Part shown: positions 1 through 12,023 of the stretch, piece by piece
How the letters are laid out: each line of letters starts with the position of its first letter
Numbering within the stretch: position 1 is the stretch's first letter
Position numbers and translations under genes: made by a program
The notes under the pieces: model-generated
The model's database searches: none
What the model saw: the letters and a program-made list of their open reading frames with translations, nothing else
What the model was told of the DNA's origin: nothing
Assembly (NCBI GenBank): GCA_963700285.1
Contig: CAVOXA010000015.1
Location: forward strand, 128,001 to 192,000
From: an uncultured Chloroflexia bacterium
Lineage (GTDB): Bacteria > Chloroflexota > Anaerolineae > JAAYZQ01
Direction: 5' to 3'
Length of the DNA: 64,000 nt

Positions 1-1089
1 TACCGGGAGATCGTCACAAATGTCCACGATAACTATTTCAGTGACCCACTTGTTCCTGAGAAGTTCCAGGTGTTACAGACCCCCAACCTCATGGTCACAG
101 GCTGGTATGACCACTGCGCCACCGGGCCGGTCGACTTTTTCATGGACACGATGACCTATGCGTCTGAGGAGCAAAAGCGGAACACACACCTCATTATTGG
201 CCCGTGGGATCACAGCGCCGCCGGGGATGAAGCGCATGAATACGATTTTGGACCTGATGCAGATCTGGACCATTCGGCCATAGAGGCGGCGTTTTTCGAG
301 CACCATCTCAAGGGGCATCCGCCCGCCGAACCTTTGGCGCCGGTCAAGATCTTTGTGATGGGCAGGAATGAGTGGCGGGATGAGCAGGAATGGCCGCTGG
401 CACGCGCGCGGGAGACGAAGCTCTATCTCCACAGCGATGGCGACGTCGCCGGAGCCTGGGTCCGGGGCAGCCTCTCCTTGGATCCCCCTGGCGCAGAGCG
501 TCCGGATTGTTTCACCTATGATCCGGCTGATCCGGTGCCAACCTGGGGCGGAGCCAACAGCGCTCCGGCCAGAGTATTGCCGATGAAACGGGGAGCCCGC
601 GACCAGCGCATTACGCTCTACCGCAAGGATGTCCTGACCTTCTACAGCGATCGGCTGCAAGCGCCTCTTGAGGTGACTGGAATGCTCAAACTGGTGCTGT
701 ATGCCGCCAGCTCTGCGGTAGATACCGACTTTACCGCAAAGCTCATGGATGTCGCCCCTGACGGGAATGCCCGCCTCATCTCCGATGGTGTCGTCCGTGC
801 CCGGTTCCGCCATGGCCTGGAAACACCCGAGTTCATCGAGCCTGGGGCAGTTTACTGCTACGAGGTCGATCTGTGGTTTACCAGCAACGAATTTCAGTCG
901 GGACACCGTATCGCCTTGGCCATATCAAGCAGCAATTTCCCGCGGATTAACAGGAATCTGAATACCGGAGGCGACAACGAACAGGATAGTTGCTTTGTCT
1001 CTGCGAACCAGACCATATTTCATGATTCGAGATATCCGTCGCACCTTGTCCTGCCAGTGATAGGTAGTCAGAAATTTAGAGCATCCTAG
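1..1089 (+). CDS. CocE/NonD family hydrolase (X-Pro dipeptidyl-peptidase C-terminal domain), 5'-partial
   Basis: Frame is open from base 1. Motifs TGWYD, LIIGPWDH, FTYDPADPVPT, DTDFTAKL and ISSSNFPRINRNLNTG are typical of CocE/NonD. Confidence 0.9.
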   Translation, partial: YREIVTNVHDNYFSDPLVPEKFQVLQTPNLMVTGWYDHCATGPVDFFMDTMTYASEEQKRNTHLIIGPWDHSAAGDEAHEYDFGPDADLDHSAIEAAFFEHHLKGHPPAEPLAPVKIFVMGRNEWRDEQEWPLARARETKLYLHSDGDVAGAWVRGSLSLDPPGAERPDCFTYDPADPVPTWGGANSAPARVLPMKRGARDQRITLYRKDVLTFYSDRLQAPLEVTGMLKLVLYAASSAVDTDFTAKLMDVAPDGNARLISDGVVRARFRHGLETPEFIEPGAVYCYEVDLWFTSNEFQSGHRIALAISSSNFPRINRNLNTGGDNEQDSCFVSANQTIFHDSRYPSHLVLPVIGSQKFRAS

Positions 1090-1288
1090 CGAATAACCAG
1101 ACGTGCCTGGCGGAACGCAGATCACGCTTCGACACGAGGGTATTCCGCCAGGGATAAGGGGCACGGATAATGAACGTGGTTCGGCATCGTCCCTGAGGAG
1201 TTTGGCTCACCTCATGGAACAGGGCGAGGCCTAGGTCATCGCGCCTTGCATTCCAATTGCAGACATTGGCCGTGACACTTGCGCGGTC

Positions 1289-1480
1289 ATGGCTGAAGAC
1301 CCAGATTGGAGCGCATACACCAATGGGGCTGCCTCCAGGGCTTTTGCCCTGGCTGCGGGGATAATCGCTCCCCTTGCCGGGGCCTTTGTGGTTCGTTTGG
1401 GCCCTCGCTTGGCGATTCTAGGTGGCTCTGTCCTGGGGGCCGCCGGACGTTGTACCCAGAGCGCTGTCCGAATCCGGCGC
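1289..1480 (+). pseudogene. MFS transporter-like fragment
   Basis: Short hydrophobic stretch ...LAAGIIAPLAGAFVVRLGPRLAILGG resembles the MFS motif A region; no full ORF. Confidence 0.35.
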
Positions 1481-1523
1481 GGCACCGCTGCGATTGATAA
1501 ACAAAGATTTATATAATCTTAAT

Positions 1524-1552
1524 TTGACAATTTACTGAGCTGGTTGTATAAT
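1524..1552 (+). promoter_or_regulatory. sigma70-type promoter
   Basis: TTGACA (1524-1529), 17 bp spacer, TATAAT (1547-1552); perfect consensus. Confidence 0.85.
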
Positions 1553-1611
1553 CGTTAGGACGGTGCCGCTTATCGATGCGACAAAGGATGAAGGACTAGC
1601 ATTGGGAGGTT

Positions 1612-2874
1612 ATCACGACAGAACTGGATGCAGTAATCATAGGTGCCGGGCATGCCGGCCTCGGGGTCAGCTACTTCCTGCAACGGGATGGCCGCAAGCA
1701 TATTGTCTTTGAGCGAGGGAGGATTGGCGAGTCGTGGTTATCGCAACGCTGGGACTCATTCAAACTCAATACGCCGAATTTCATGAATGTCCTGCCTGGT
1801 TTACCGTACGATGGTCCGGAGCCTGATGGCTTCTGGTCGCGCGATGAGTACATCGCCTATCTCCGAAGCTACGTCGATCACTGGCGCCTGCCTGTTAGAA
1901 CGCGCGTCACGGTGGTCTCGGTCGAGCAGGCCAAAGGCGAAGAGCATTTCATCGTCAGGACGACAGGCGACGGGCAGGCAGAAGAGTCCGTGTCAAGTCG
2001 CTCGATCGTGATCGCTTCTGGTATGCAACGAACCCCAAAGTTTCCCCCGATTCGTAGCGCCATGCCGCACGACATCCGACAACTCCACACGGCTGACTAC
2101 CGAAGCCCAAGCGCTCTGCCGCCGGGTGCGGTTCTCGTCGTCGGAAGCGCACAATCGGGTTGCCAGATTGCCGAGGAGCTGCTGTTGGCTGGCCGGACCG
2201 TGTATCTGAGTACCAGCAGAGTTGGCCGCGTTCCTCGCCGCTATCGCGGGCGGGATATTCTGGAATGGTGGGCTGATATGAAGTTTCTCGATGTGCCCTA
2301 CGCCAGCCTGGACGACAAGTCGATCGCCCGCGCCACTCAGCCACAAACGTCGGGGCTTGGGCGTTATGGGCACACAGTCAGCTTGCAGCATTTGGCGCGC
2401 CAGGGGGCTGTGATTCTGGGTCGCTTGCTGGACATCAATGCAGGCACACTTGTCCTGGGCGATGATGCGGCCGCCAACGTGCGCTTTGCCGATGAGTTTT
2501 CGCAACGGGGAAAGGACGGCATCGATGCCTACTTGGCACAGGCGGGTATCCCTCGGCCACCCCTCGAGGATGATCCGGCGGACGCGCCTGACCCTGAGGC
2601 TGCAAGCGTCTCGCCGTTGCGCCGGCTGAATCTTGGCGACGCAGAGGTCAGTACGGTCATCTGGGCGACAGGGTTTGGTGGGGATTTCAGCTGGATTCAC
2701 CTACCGGCCTTTGACGCAGAAGGCAACCCGGTCCATGAGCAAGGAGTTGCGCCGGTGCGTGGCTTGTACTATATCGGATTCCCTTGGCTCCGTAGCCGCA
2801 AGTCGGGCATCGCTTACGGAATTGAGGAAGACGCCCAATACATCGCTGCTGCCCTGGCGAAGCGCTTGGGCTAG
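1612..2874 (+). CDS. Flavin-containing monooxygenase / FAD-NAD(P)-dependent oxidoreductase (CzcO-like)
   Basis: In-frame ELDAVIIGAGHAGLG...FERGRIGESWLSQRWDSF lies upstream of the ORF-track start (1783). Also VLVVGSAQSGCQIAEEL, VIWATGF and GLYYIGFPW. Start codon uncertain. Confidence 0.85.
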   Translation: MTTELDAVIIGAGHAGLGVSYFLQRDGRKHIVFERGRIGESWLSQRWDSFKLNTPNFMNVLPGLPYDGPEPDGFWSRDEYIAYLRSYVDHWRLPVRTRVTVVSVEQAKGEEHFIVRTTGDGQAEESVSSRSIVIASGMQRTPKFPPIRSAMPHDIRQLHTADYRSPSALPPGAVLVVGSAQSGCQIAEELLLAGRTVYLSTSRVGRVPRRYRGRDILEWWADMKFLDVPYASLDDKSIARATQPQTSGLGRYGHTVSLQHLARQGAVILGRLLDINAGTLVLGDDAAANVRFADEFSQRGKDGIDAYLAQAGIPRPPLEDDPADAPDPEAASVSPLRRLNLGDAEVSTVIWATGFGGDFSWIHLPAFDAEGNPVHEQGVAPVRGLYYIGFPWLRSRKSGIAYGIEEDAQYIAAALAKRLG

Positions 2875-3020
2875 ACCCGCACCTGACCTGGCCGAGAATA
2901 CTCATCGGCGAAGGTCTCAGCCGAACCGGACGAGCAATCCTTGTGCGCGAATATGTGTGCGCTCCGGGTCACCTAGTACGCGGCCAGGCGAGGACCTTCT
3001 GTGCCCTTGTCCTGCCCTAG

Positions 3021-4686
3021 CAGCCTGTCGGAGAGAGACAGTTTCTCCGCAGGCCGGATTGATGGTAAACTGATTCCCTGCTTGAGTCACTCAAGCGAGT
3101 TGATAGCAGGGAGAGAGAACGATGGCTCGCAAGTTCAAGATGGTTGACTACGAAAAAGCGCTCGATCAGACGGTAACGATCAGAGATGTTCTGCCACCCG
3201 ATCATCTGGCACGATTCATCGCCAGGGTGATTCTGTTGCTGGACTTGAGTGCCATCTACGCGCAATATGCGCCCGTGGGTGGCGAAGCCTATGCCCCCGA
3301 GCTTCTGCTGGGTCTGTTGTTCTACGGCTATGCCACCGGCGTGTTCAGTTCGCGCAAGATCGAGAAAGCGACGTACGAGTCGATTCCTTTCCGATTTCTT
3401 GCTGGCGGCTGGCATCCGGACCATGACACCATTGCCAACTTTCGGAAGACGTTTCTGCCCGAAATCACGGACCTGTTTGCCCAAGTGCTGGTTATCGCCC
3501 ACGAGTTGGGGGTGCTGAAGCTGGGCAGGATCAGCGTGGATGGCAGCAAGATTCACGCCGATGCGTCCAAAAGCCATGCGGTCAGCTATGGTCGGTTGCT
3601 GCAACTGGAGCGACAGACTGCGGATTGAGGTAGAGGAGTTGATGGCTTTGGGAGAGACAGGCAGATCAGGAAGAGCTGCCAGAAGGCCTGGATGTGGGAT
3701 TCGAGATTGCTTTGCGGCAAGAGCGGTTGCTCAACCTGGCTCAGGCCAAGGCCGTCCTGGAAGCACGAGCTGAGGAACGGCACGAGGCGGAAAAAGCCGA
3801 GTACGAGGCCAAGCTGCGGGAGCGGGAAGAGAAGGCCAAGCAGACAGGGCGCAAACCGCGTGGCAGACGCCCCAAACCGCCCACAGCCGGGCCTCGGGCG
3901 AAGGACCAGTACAACTTCACCGATCCCGACTCGCGGATCATGAAGAACAGCAACAACAAAGGCTTCGATCAGCATTACAATGTCCAGGTGGCGGTGGACC
4001 AAGACTGTCGGTTGATCGTCGGCAACACGCTGTCGAATCATGCCAGCGACAGAGAGGAAGCGATTCCCACAGTGGATGCCATTCCGGCCGAGGTCGGCAA
4101 GCCCAAGGCCGCAGCCTTGGACAATGGCTATTGGAGCCCGACCAACGTGGAGGAATTGGAGAGGCGAGGCATCGAGCCCTATATCGCCACGGGGCGTGAC
4201 AGCCACTATCAGAGCTGGCAAGAACGCTTTGCCCAGCAACCAGAGCCTCCTGCGGAGGAGGCGAGTCTGATCGTCCAGATGGCTTACAAGCTCAAGACGG
4301 TCATCGGCAAGCAGATCTACGGCTTGCGCAAATCGACCGTGGAACCGGTCATCGGCATCATCAAGGAGACGTTGGGATTCCGCCAGTTCTCGCTGCGAGG
4401 GCTGCTGGCAGCGGCTGGCGAGTGGTGTTTGGTATGTCTGGCCTACAACTTGAAGCGGCTGCACATCCTGATGGCTGGCTAAAGGCAAGTCGCTTCCTCT
4501 CCGTGCGTCTGATGAGCTGGAGAGAAAGCGACATGAGAGAGCCAAACAGCCCATTTGGAGTCAAAAATGGGCTCTGATTGGCTATGATCTGACACGGATA
4601 TGGCTGTTCGAAGCATGATTATCGTCAACTTGTGATTCGTACTTGGTCAACGGAGAGGTGATCCCGATTTCCTCTCCGACAGGCTG
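3021..4686 (+). mobile_element. IS1182-family insertion sequence
   Basis: 15-bp perfect terminal inverted repeats CAGCCTGTCGGAGAG (3021-3035) / CTCTCCGACAGGCTG (4672-4686), flanked by CTAG on both sides (3017-3020, 4687-4690); encloses a transposase. Confidence 0.9.
3122..4482 (+). CDS. IS1182-family DDE transposase (frameshifted near 3615-3665)
   Basis: GVFSSRKIE, PDHDTIANFR, VDGSKIHADAS, NFTDPDSRIM, YNVQVAVD, LDNGY and RKSTVEPVIGIIK, split over two ORFs. Confidence 0.9.
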
Positions 4687-4750
4687 CTAGAGATTGCCCA
4701 TCACCAATACCGAATCACAAACTCAAGATCCAGCCTCCAGTCTCCAGTTC

Positions 4751-5858
4751 TTATTCTCGCACCCCTGGAAACGCAGCTAGCTTGGCTTCCGGTACCCTTT
4801 GCACCAGTTCTTGGGCAATGGGCCCAAATGCCTCGGTTTCATATTCCTCGACGCGCCCCGCATCGCACAGCTTGGCAATCTCGGGGTCGATGGGCAGTCG
4901 GCCCAGGAAAGGGACACCGATCTGTCGCGCCACCTGCTCAGCGTGGCTGGGGCCAAAGATCTCGTATCGCTTGCCAGTGTCAGGACATTCAAAGTAGCTC
5001 ATGTTCTCAAGTAGACCCAGGATAGGGGTTTGCATCTGCCGGGCCATGTTCGCTGCCTTGCGCACCACCATGCCCGCCAGATCCTGCGGTGAGCTGACTA
5101 GTACGATGCCGGATATGGGCAGCGATTGCATCACGGTCAATGAGGCATCCGATGTGCCAGGCGGCAGGTCCACGACGAGATAGTCCAACGTGCCCCAAAA
5201 GATGTCGCCCCAGAACTGCTTGATAGCACCGCTAACCAGCGGTCCACGCCAGATGACGGCCATGTCCTCCTGGTCCAAGAGCAAGTTGATGGACATGACT
5301 TTGATGCCGCTCTCGGTCTGGGGTGGCATGGGGCCCATGGGGCTTGTACCCAGCTTTGCCCCGTCAGGGAAGAACATCTTGGGGATGCTCGGGCCGGTAA
5401 TGTCGGCGTCCAGGATGCCAACGCGGTAGCCCGCTTTGCGCAGCGCTAGCGCCAGCAATCCACTTACCAGCGACTTGCCCACGCCACCTTTTCCGCTCAT
5501 CACGGCGATCACCCGGTGGATCTCGTTCAGGTCCTCGGCCGCGCCCTTGTCTTGCTGCCGCGGTACGCCGATGCCGATCCGGCGCTTTTCCTCGTCGGTC
5601 ATCGCGGTCAGCTCTACCTCCACCCCGTCAACGTCTTCTAGAGCCGCTGACCGCTTTCTCCACGTCGCCTACGATCTGCTCTTTGAGCGGGCAGCCCATC
5701 GTCGTCAGGGCCAGGGTAATGCCCACCTGGTTTCCCTGGATCCGTACCTCGCGGACCATGCCCAACTCGATCAGACTCTTGTGCAACTCTGGGTCCATGA
5801 CCCCCTCAAGTGCTTTGCGCACTGCGGATTCCTCAATCAACTTTCTTACCTCCCTCAT
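4751..5858 (-). CDS. Mrp/NBP35 (ApbC) Fe-S carrier ATPase with N-terminal DUF59/MIP18 domain (frameshift ~5630)
   Basis: VMDPELHKSLIELGMV...TTMGCPL (DUF59) plus SGKGGVGKS, DADITGPSIP, WRGP, DLPPGTSD and ENMSYFECP. Confidence 0.9.
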
Positions 5859-5881
5859 TTTCTTTGTCTTTCATCCTTCGT

Positions 5882-6646
5882 TTATCGTCCGTTTCCATTG
5901 GCCATCGTGACCAGTCGCACGCCCCGCATCTGGCGGAAGATGGCCCCCTGGCCTGCCACCGCCAGAGCCGTGGCGGGATCGACGACGCGCGTCCCAGCGA
6001 TCAGGTCCACGCCATGCTTGAACAGAACCGGCGACAACGGCGACGTTGGACCCAACACCAGCACAAAGGCATCAGGGCGGCAATGCTGGATCAGTTTGTC
6101 AAAGGTCCTGTTGACCAGAGACGTTCCTGTGATGGCCACCACATCCGCTTCAGGGAGCACCTCGGCGGCTGCTTGGGGCGGTAGCTCGTCAGGTCCCGGA
6201 TCAAGCTCCAGGACATCCAGCCGTCCCACTGCCCGCCGTACCTTGGAAATAAAGGGAAAATGGCCGACAACGACGACCCGCTTTCCCTCGCCCCGCTGCA
6301 TGATCTCGGCGGATGCGTTGCAGTCGGTCAGAGAATCCTCTGGGACCTCCAGCAGGGCATTGAGGGTCGCCATGCCCACGGCAGCCTCCATCGGACTCTT
6401 GGACCTGAGGAGCCCCGCTAGCTCATGGGCACCATGCTCCATCAGACTGCCGGCCCAACGTATTAGGCTGTGGCCATGGGCCGTGTGGGCGTCGCGTTGC
6501 GTGGAGGCCAGTCCTGCGCCCCGCTCGGTCCAGACCACCGTCCAGAACGGGCCCACGCGCACGTCGCGCACCGGGATATCCCCCGCCGGCAGCGAAGCCA
6601 GCAGATCGTCGACGATGCTCGTGCGTTCCTGCCGGTCAGCGCTCAC
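5882..6646 (-). CDS. DUF364 family protein (putative heavy-metal chelation, Rossmann-like)
   Basis: AAVGMATLNAL, VVVVGHFPF, ADVVAITGTSLVNRT and LGPTSPLSPVLF. Confidence 0.8.
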   Translation of the reverse strand: MSADRQERTSIVDDLLASLPAGDIPVRDVRVGPFWTVVWTERGAGLASTQRDAHTAHGHSLIRWAGSLMEHGAHELAGLLRSKSPMEAAVGMATLNALLEVPEDSLTDCNASAEIMQRGEGKRVVVVGHFPFISKVRRAVGRLDVLELDPGPDELPPQAAAEVLPEADVVAITGTSLVNRTFDKLIQHCRPDAFVLVLGPTSPLSPVLFKHGVDLIAGTRVVDPATALAVAGQGAIFRQMRGVRLVTMANGNGR

Positions 6647-7032
6647 TGATGCATCTCCATGTGGGTGTCGTACACTCCCAAAAAATGGTGCAGTACCCGG
6701 TCCGTCTCCCGCAGGTCATCCACCCACCAGGCCAGGTAGCGATCCCCTTCCTCCGTGATCTGGTATAGACGGCGGGCTGGGCCGGCGCTATCCGTGTTCC
6801 AACGCGAGGTGACAAAGGCTCGATTCTCCAGACCGCGCAGCCTGCGGTACACGGTACTCGAATCTACCGGATTCTGCTCAAAGCCGAACGGCTTCAAGCC
6901 CTCCAAGAGTTCGTACCCGTGGGCTTCGTTGCAGTGCAGCAGCAGGAGCAGGCACGGGTCAAGAAAGCGGTTGATGCGCCTGGGACAGGCTTCTCCCCCC
7001 TGCCCGCCCCGCCAGCGGTGACCTTGAGGCAT
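6643..7032 (-). CDS. PadR family transcriptional regulator
   Basis: HGYELLE, STVYRRLRGLE and GPARRLYQITEEG; 4-bp overlap with the DUF364 gene. Confidence 0.9.
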   Translation of the reverse strand: MPQGHRWRGGQGGEACPRRINRFLDPCLLLLLHCNEAHGYELLEGLKPFGFEQNPVDSSTVYRRLRGLENRAFVTSRWNTDSAGPARRLYQITEEGDRYLAWWVDDLRETDRVLHHFLGVYDTHMEMHQ

Positions 7033-7055
7033 GACGTACCTACCTTTCGCAGCTC

Positions 7056-7107
7056 ATCTATGTGCATAACGCATATAGATGATACAGCACCTTAGCCGGA
7101 TTGTCAA
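7056..7107 (-). promoter_or_regulatory. Promoter of the padR operon with overlapping palindromic operator
   Basis: Minus strand TTGACA (7107-7102), 17 bp, TATCAT (7084-7079). Inverted repeat ATCTATGTGC-N5-GCATATAGAT at 7056-7080 covers the predicted transcription start. Confidence 0.7.
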
Positions 7108-7144
7108 GTCTCAGGACCAGAGTGGCTAGGGCTGTAGCAAAGTC

Positions 7145-7224
7145 GTCATCGCGGGCGTCAGCAAAGCGATCTACACCTTTGCCTTGGGGATTGCCACGGC
7201 GCAAACGGCGTGCCTCGCAATGAC
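7145..7224. repeat. Palindromic REP/MITE-like element
   Basis: Ends GTCATCGCGGG...CTCGCAATGAC are near-inverted repeats with inner GCGATCT/GGATTGC pairing; resembles widespread GTCATTGCGAG...CTCGCAATGAC intergenic elements. Confidence 0.55.
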
Positions 7225-7391
7225 AGATCTGGCCGGCAGTGTATGGCAAGGGACAATGCAACAGCCCTGCCAGAGTGGCAGAGATTCTGGAAGCCAAACT
7301 CCTTCGCTCGTGGAGAACCGCAGTCCACCGTTTGGAAGTGACTTCATCCCACCCAGATCTGGAGCAGTTGCTGCCTTTGGGGGTCATCCGT

Positions 7392-8041
7392 TCAGGAGAG
7401 CAGTGTCGTGAGGATCTCCTCCCAGCAGGTAAACAGGAGGAAATGGCCCTCACCCGGGAGGAACGTGGTCTGGCAGTTTGGAAGCGCAGATGCCATGTAC
7501 CGGGCCATGGCCGGAGGGGTACTGGTATCCTCCTCGCCGTGCCGGAGATGGATCTCGATCTCGATATCTTCCAAACGGAAACCCCATGGCTGGGCCAGGA
7601 TCTGTACCTCCCAGGCGTAACCCTGGATACCGCTCCGGGTCGCCTCGGCATAGCTGGACATCAGCATCTCCCGAAATTCTGTCTGGGCGAGCAGAACCTG
7701 ATCGGCTGGGGGATTGTGGGCTGTGTTCTGTGCAAAGAACCGTTCGGGATTTCTGCGACCTCTACCTCGTCAGATGGCCAATCCAGCAGCCTGCGCCCGG
7801 GCTGAAAGTCAGACAGTCCAAAGCCCGGTCGATCCATCATGATCAGCCGGGCACCCAGGGATCTGGTTAGGTCCTTGTCAGGGTGGAGTAGCCGCGAACT
7901 GGGGGTACCCTGAAAGAGGAATACGGGCTTGCCCGTTGGGTCGCCATACTCGGCGTAGCCTAGAAGCCGCCCGTCATGCAGTCGTATCTGCCAGCCATCA
8001 CGACCATGGAAAATGCGCTCCTGTCGAACGTATTCGTCCAT
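7392..8041 (-). pseudogene. Alpha/beta hydrolase, internally deleted and frameshifted
   Basis: N-terminal DGRLLGYAEYGDPTG...DRPGFGLSD and C-terminal HGEEDTSTP...PGEGHF lie in different frames; the GxSxG nucleophile region is missing. Confidence 0.75.
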
Positions 8042-8115
8042 CCCGGGAAAAGACTTCTTGCCGACCAATTCTCCAGCACCTTGTTCCTTGTCCTTGGCAG
8101 CACCCTGTACCGATT

Positions 8116-9681
8116 CTACTGTCGCGAACCCCGGATCAGGCCGTGGCACCAGGCCCAGCCTCGGTGCCAGAGGACGCGGATCTCCTCTACCTTAAAGAGG
8201 TAGGAAGTGAGGAAAAAAGCGGCGCCGCCCAGTACCCCGGCAGTAGCCAGATAAACGATCAGCGCGACCAGCCCTTTGCTACCGGCCAGGTCTTCACCGA
8301 ATCGGAGGAAGGCCCAAAGGGTCGCCGCGGTGGCCAGCGAAGCCAGCACCATCTGCCCGGTAAAGGGCCCAAACGGAGCCAGGCGGAACTCGGGCACCCG
8401 GCGCCCAAATATGAACAACAGGACCAGGACCTTCAGGCCCTTTGCTACAGCCACAGCCAGAGCGATGCCTCCCAACCCAAAGGTCGCCAGCAGTGGTGGA
8501 ATGAGGGCCACGTTGAGGAGAAAGGCGGCGATGTCAGTGATCACAGGTGTGAGCGTATCCTGGCGGGCAAAGAAGAATTGGACGACAATGACCTCCAGGG
8601 CGAAGGGCAGGAGGGCCATGGAGTAAAAGAGCAGTGGCCCAGCCGTCAACTGCGTCGAGGCGGCGGTAAATGCCCCCCGCTCAAAAAGAAGCCGTACAAA
8701 GGGCTCGCGGAGCACCATCAGCCCCATCGTCACTGGCAGGAAGAGCAGTGTGAGCGCCCGAACCGACCCGGACAGAGTCCTGGCCAGCGCCTGGTTGTCC
8801 TGCTTGGCCGCCATCTCGGCTGAGAAGGGCAGCAATACCAGCGCTAGAGCATAGGGCACGATAGTGGTCAACGTTTCCGCGATCTTGCGGGCGTAGGCCA
8901 GGGCCGATACGCCCCCCACGCCAACCCTGCTGGCAAAGGCATTCTCCACCAGCGGGCCGACGAACAGCGACAGGCTGAGGGCCACCAACAGCGGTGCAGC
9001 CAGACGGCCCACCCTTCGCACCGGAGGAAAACCCAGATCCAGGCCAGGACGGAGCCTGCGCAGGTGGCGACTGAGCCCCAGTGTTTCAAAGACCAACTTG
9101 CCCAGGGCGCCCAGTGTTACGCCCAAAGCCAGCCCCGGCACCCCGCCCAGTACCAGGAAAAAGACCAAGGGCCCTGCCCGAAAACTGGCCATAGAGAGGG
9201 CCGGCAGCGCGAAGCGCTTCTGGGCATGAAGCGCTGCTGTGGTCAGTGTCGAGAGCCCGAGGAACAACAGGGCCGGCATCACCAGCCGTGTCAAACGTAC
9301 TGTCAAATCGTACTGCTGACCCGAAAACCCGGGAGCTGCAACCGAGATCAGGGGGGCGGCCAGCAGTACGCCAGCGACAGTCGCGGCTCCCAGCAGTAGC
9401 AGCAGCAACGTACCAACCACACTAAACAGCCGCCAGCCATCCCGGATCGATGCGCCCAGTGTGCGTACAAAAGTGGGCAGGAACGAAGGCTCGATGACTT
9501 CGCGCAGGACAATGTAGGCGCTGAAAGGGATGGTGTAGGCCACCAGGTAGGCATCGACTTCGATGCCCGTCCCGAAAAAGTTGGCCAGCAGGATCTTTTC
9601 GACAAAGCCCAGCCCCTTGACGATCAGGGCGATGGCCGTCACCATCGTCGTAGCTTGTACGATCCTCTTGACATCAAGCAT
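8116..9681 (-). CDS. murJ: MurJ/MviN family flippase
   Basis: 521 aa, multi-TM; FFGTGIEVDAYLVA, LFERGAFTAAST and FFARQDTLTP. Confidence 0.85.
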   Translation of the reverse strand: MLDVKRIVQATTMVTAIALIVKGLGFVEKILLANFFGTGIEVDAYLVAYTIPFSAYIVLREVIEPSFLPTFVRTLGASIRDGWRLFSVVGTLLLLLLGAATVAGVLLAAPLISVAAPGFSGQQYDLTVRLTRLVMPALLFLGLSTLTTAALHAQKRFALPALSMASFRAGPLVFFLVLGGVPGLALGVTLGALGKLVFETLGLSRHLRRLRPGLDLGFPPVRRVGRLAAPLLVALSLSLFVGPLVENAFASRVGVGGVSALAYARKIAETLTTIVPYALALVLLPFSAEMAAKQDNQALARTLSGSVRALTLLFLPVTMGLMVLREPFVRLLFERGAFTAASTQLTAGPLLFYSMALLPFALEVIVVQFFFARQDTLTPVITDIAAFLLNVALIPPLLATFGLGGIALAVAVAKGLKVLVLLFIFGRRVPEFRLAPFGPFTGQMVLASLATAATLWAFLRFGEDLAGSKGLVALIVYLATAGVLGGAAFFLTSYLFKVEEIRVLWHRGWAWCHGLIRGSRQ

Positions 9682-9750
9682 ACGCGAAAAGGGCCAAGTT
9701 TAAGGACCAGGGCTTCGTCCCTGGCTCAAGCTTGGCCTCAACCTCAGTAC

Positions 9751-11592
<1,842 letters not shown>

Positions 11593-11719
11593 GTGGTTTT
11601 CCCTCCTGTTGACAAATCACAGGCGGCTCGAGGCTTGCAGCACGTAGCCCCGTGGCTACCTGCTGTACAGTTCTTGGAACCTGCAACCTGTCGCTTGTAC
11701 TTGGTACAACCAACCACTG

Positions 11720-11957
11720 CGCGGGCCCTTTGTCCCGCCGGTTGCCCGGCGGTTTTGTACGGCGCGCTTGTTCCCAGGAGGGGAAGGTACGGGCCGTGGC
11801 CGTGGCCCGGGAGGCATCCGCTGATCACTCGATTTTCGGATCGATTTTGTTGTGCGCTGTCGCAACAAAGACGACGCGAACCCCGCCTTGCGGCTGAGGA
11901 CCTCCTCCTCGTCAACCTTACCATCCTACCAATGGGAGGGTAAGGCCCATGCGCTGG
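11720..11957 (-). ncRNA. glmS ribozyme (GlcN6P-activated self-cleaving riboswitch) with internal insertion
   Basis: Minus strand reads AGCGCATGGGC...GTTGACGAGGAGGAGGT-[66 nt]-ATCGAGTGATCAGCGGATGCCTCCCGG...ACAAAACCGCCGG-GCAA-CCGGCGGGACAAAG. This matches the conserved core and P4 GNRA hairpin, and lies directly upstream of glmS. Confidence 0.9.
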
Positions 11958-12023
11958 CTTCCCCTGTTCACACTGCTACGTTCCGAGTCTCTGTCCCCGA
12001 GGGCACCTCCTTTCACTGGCTAG

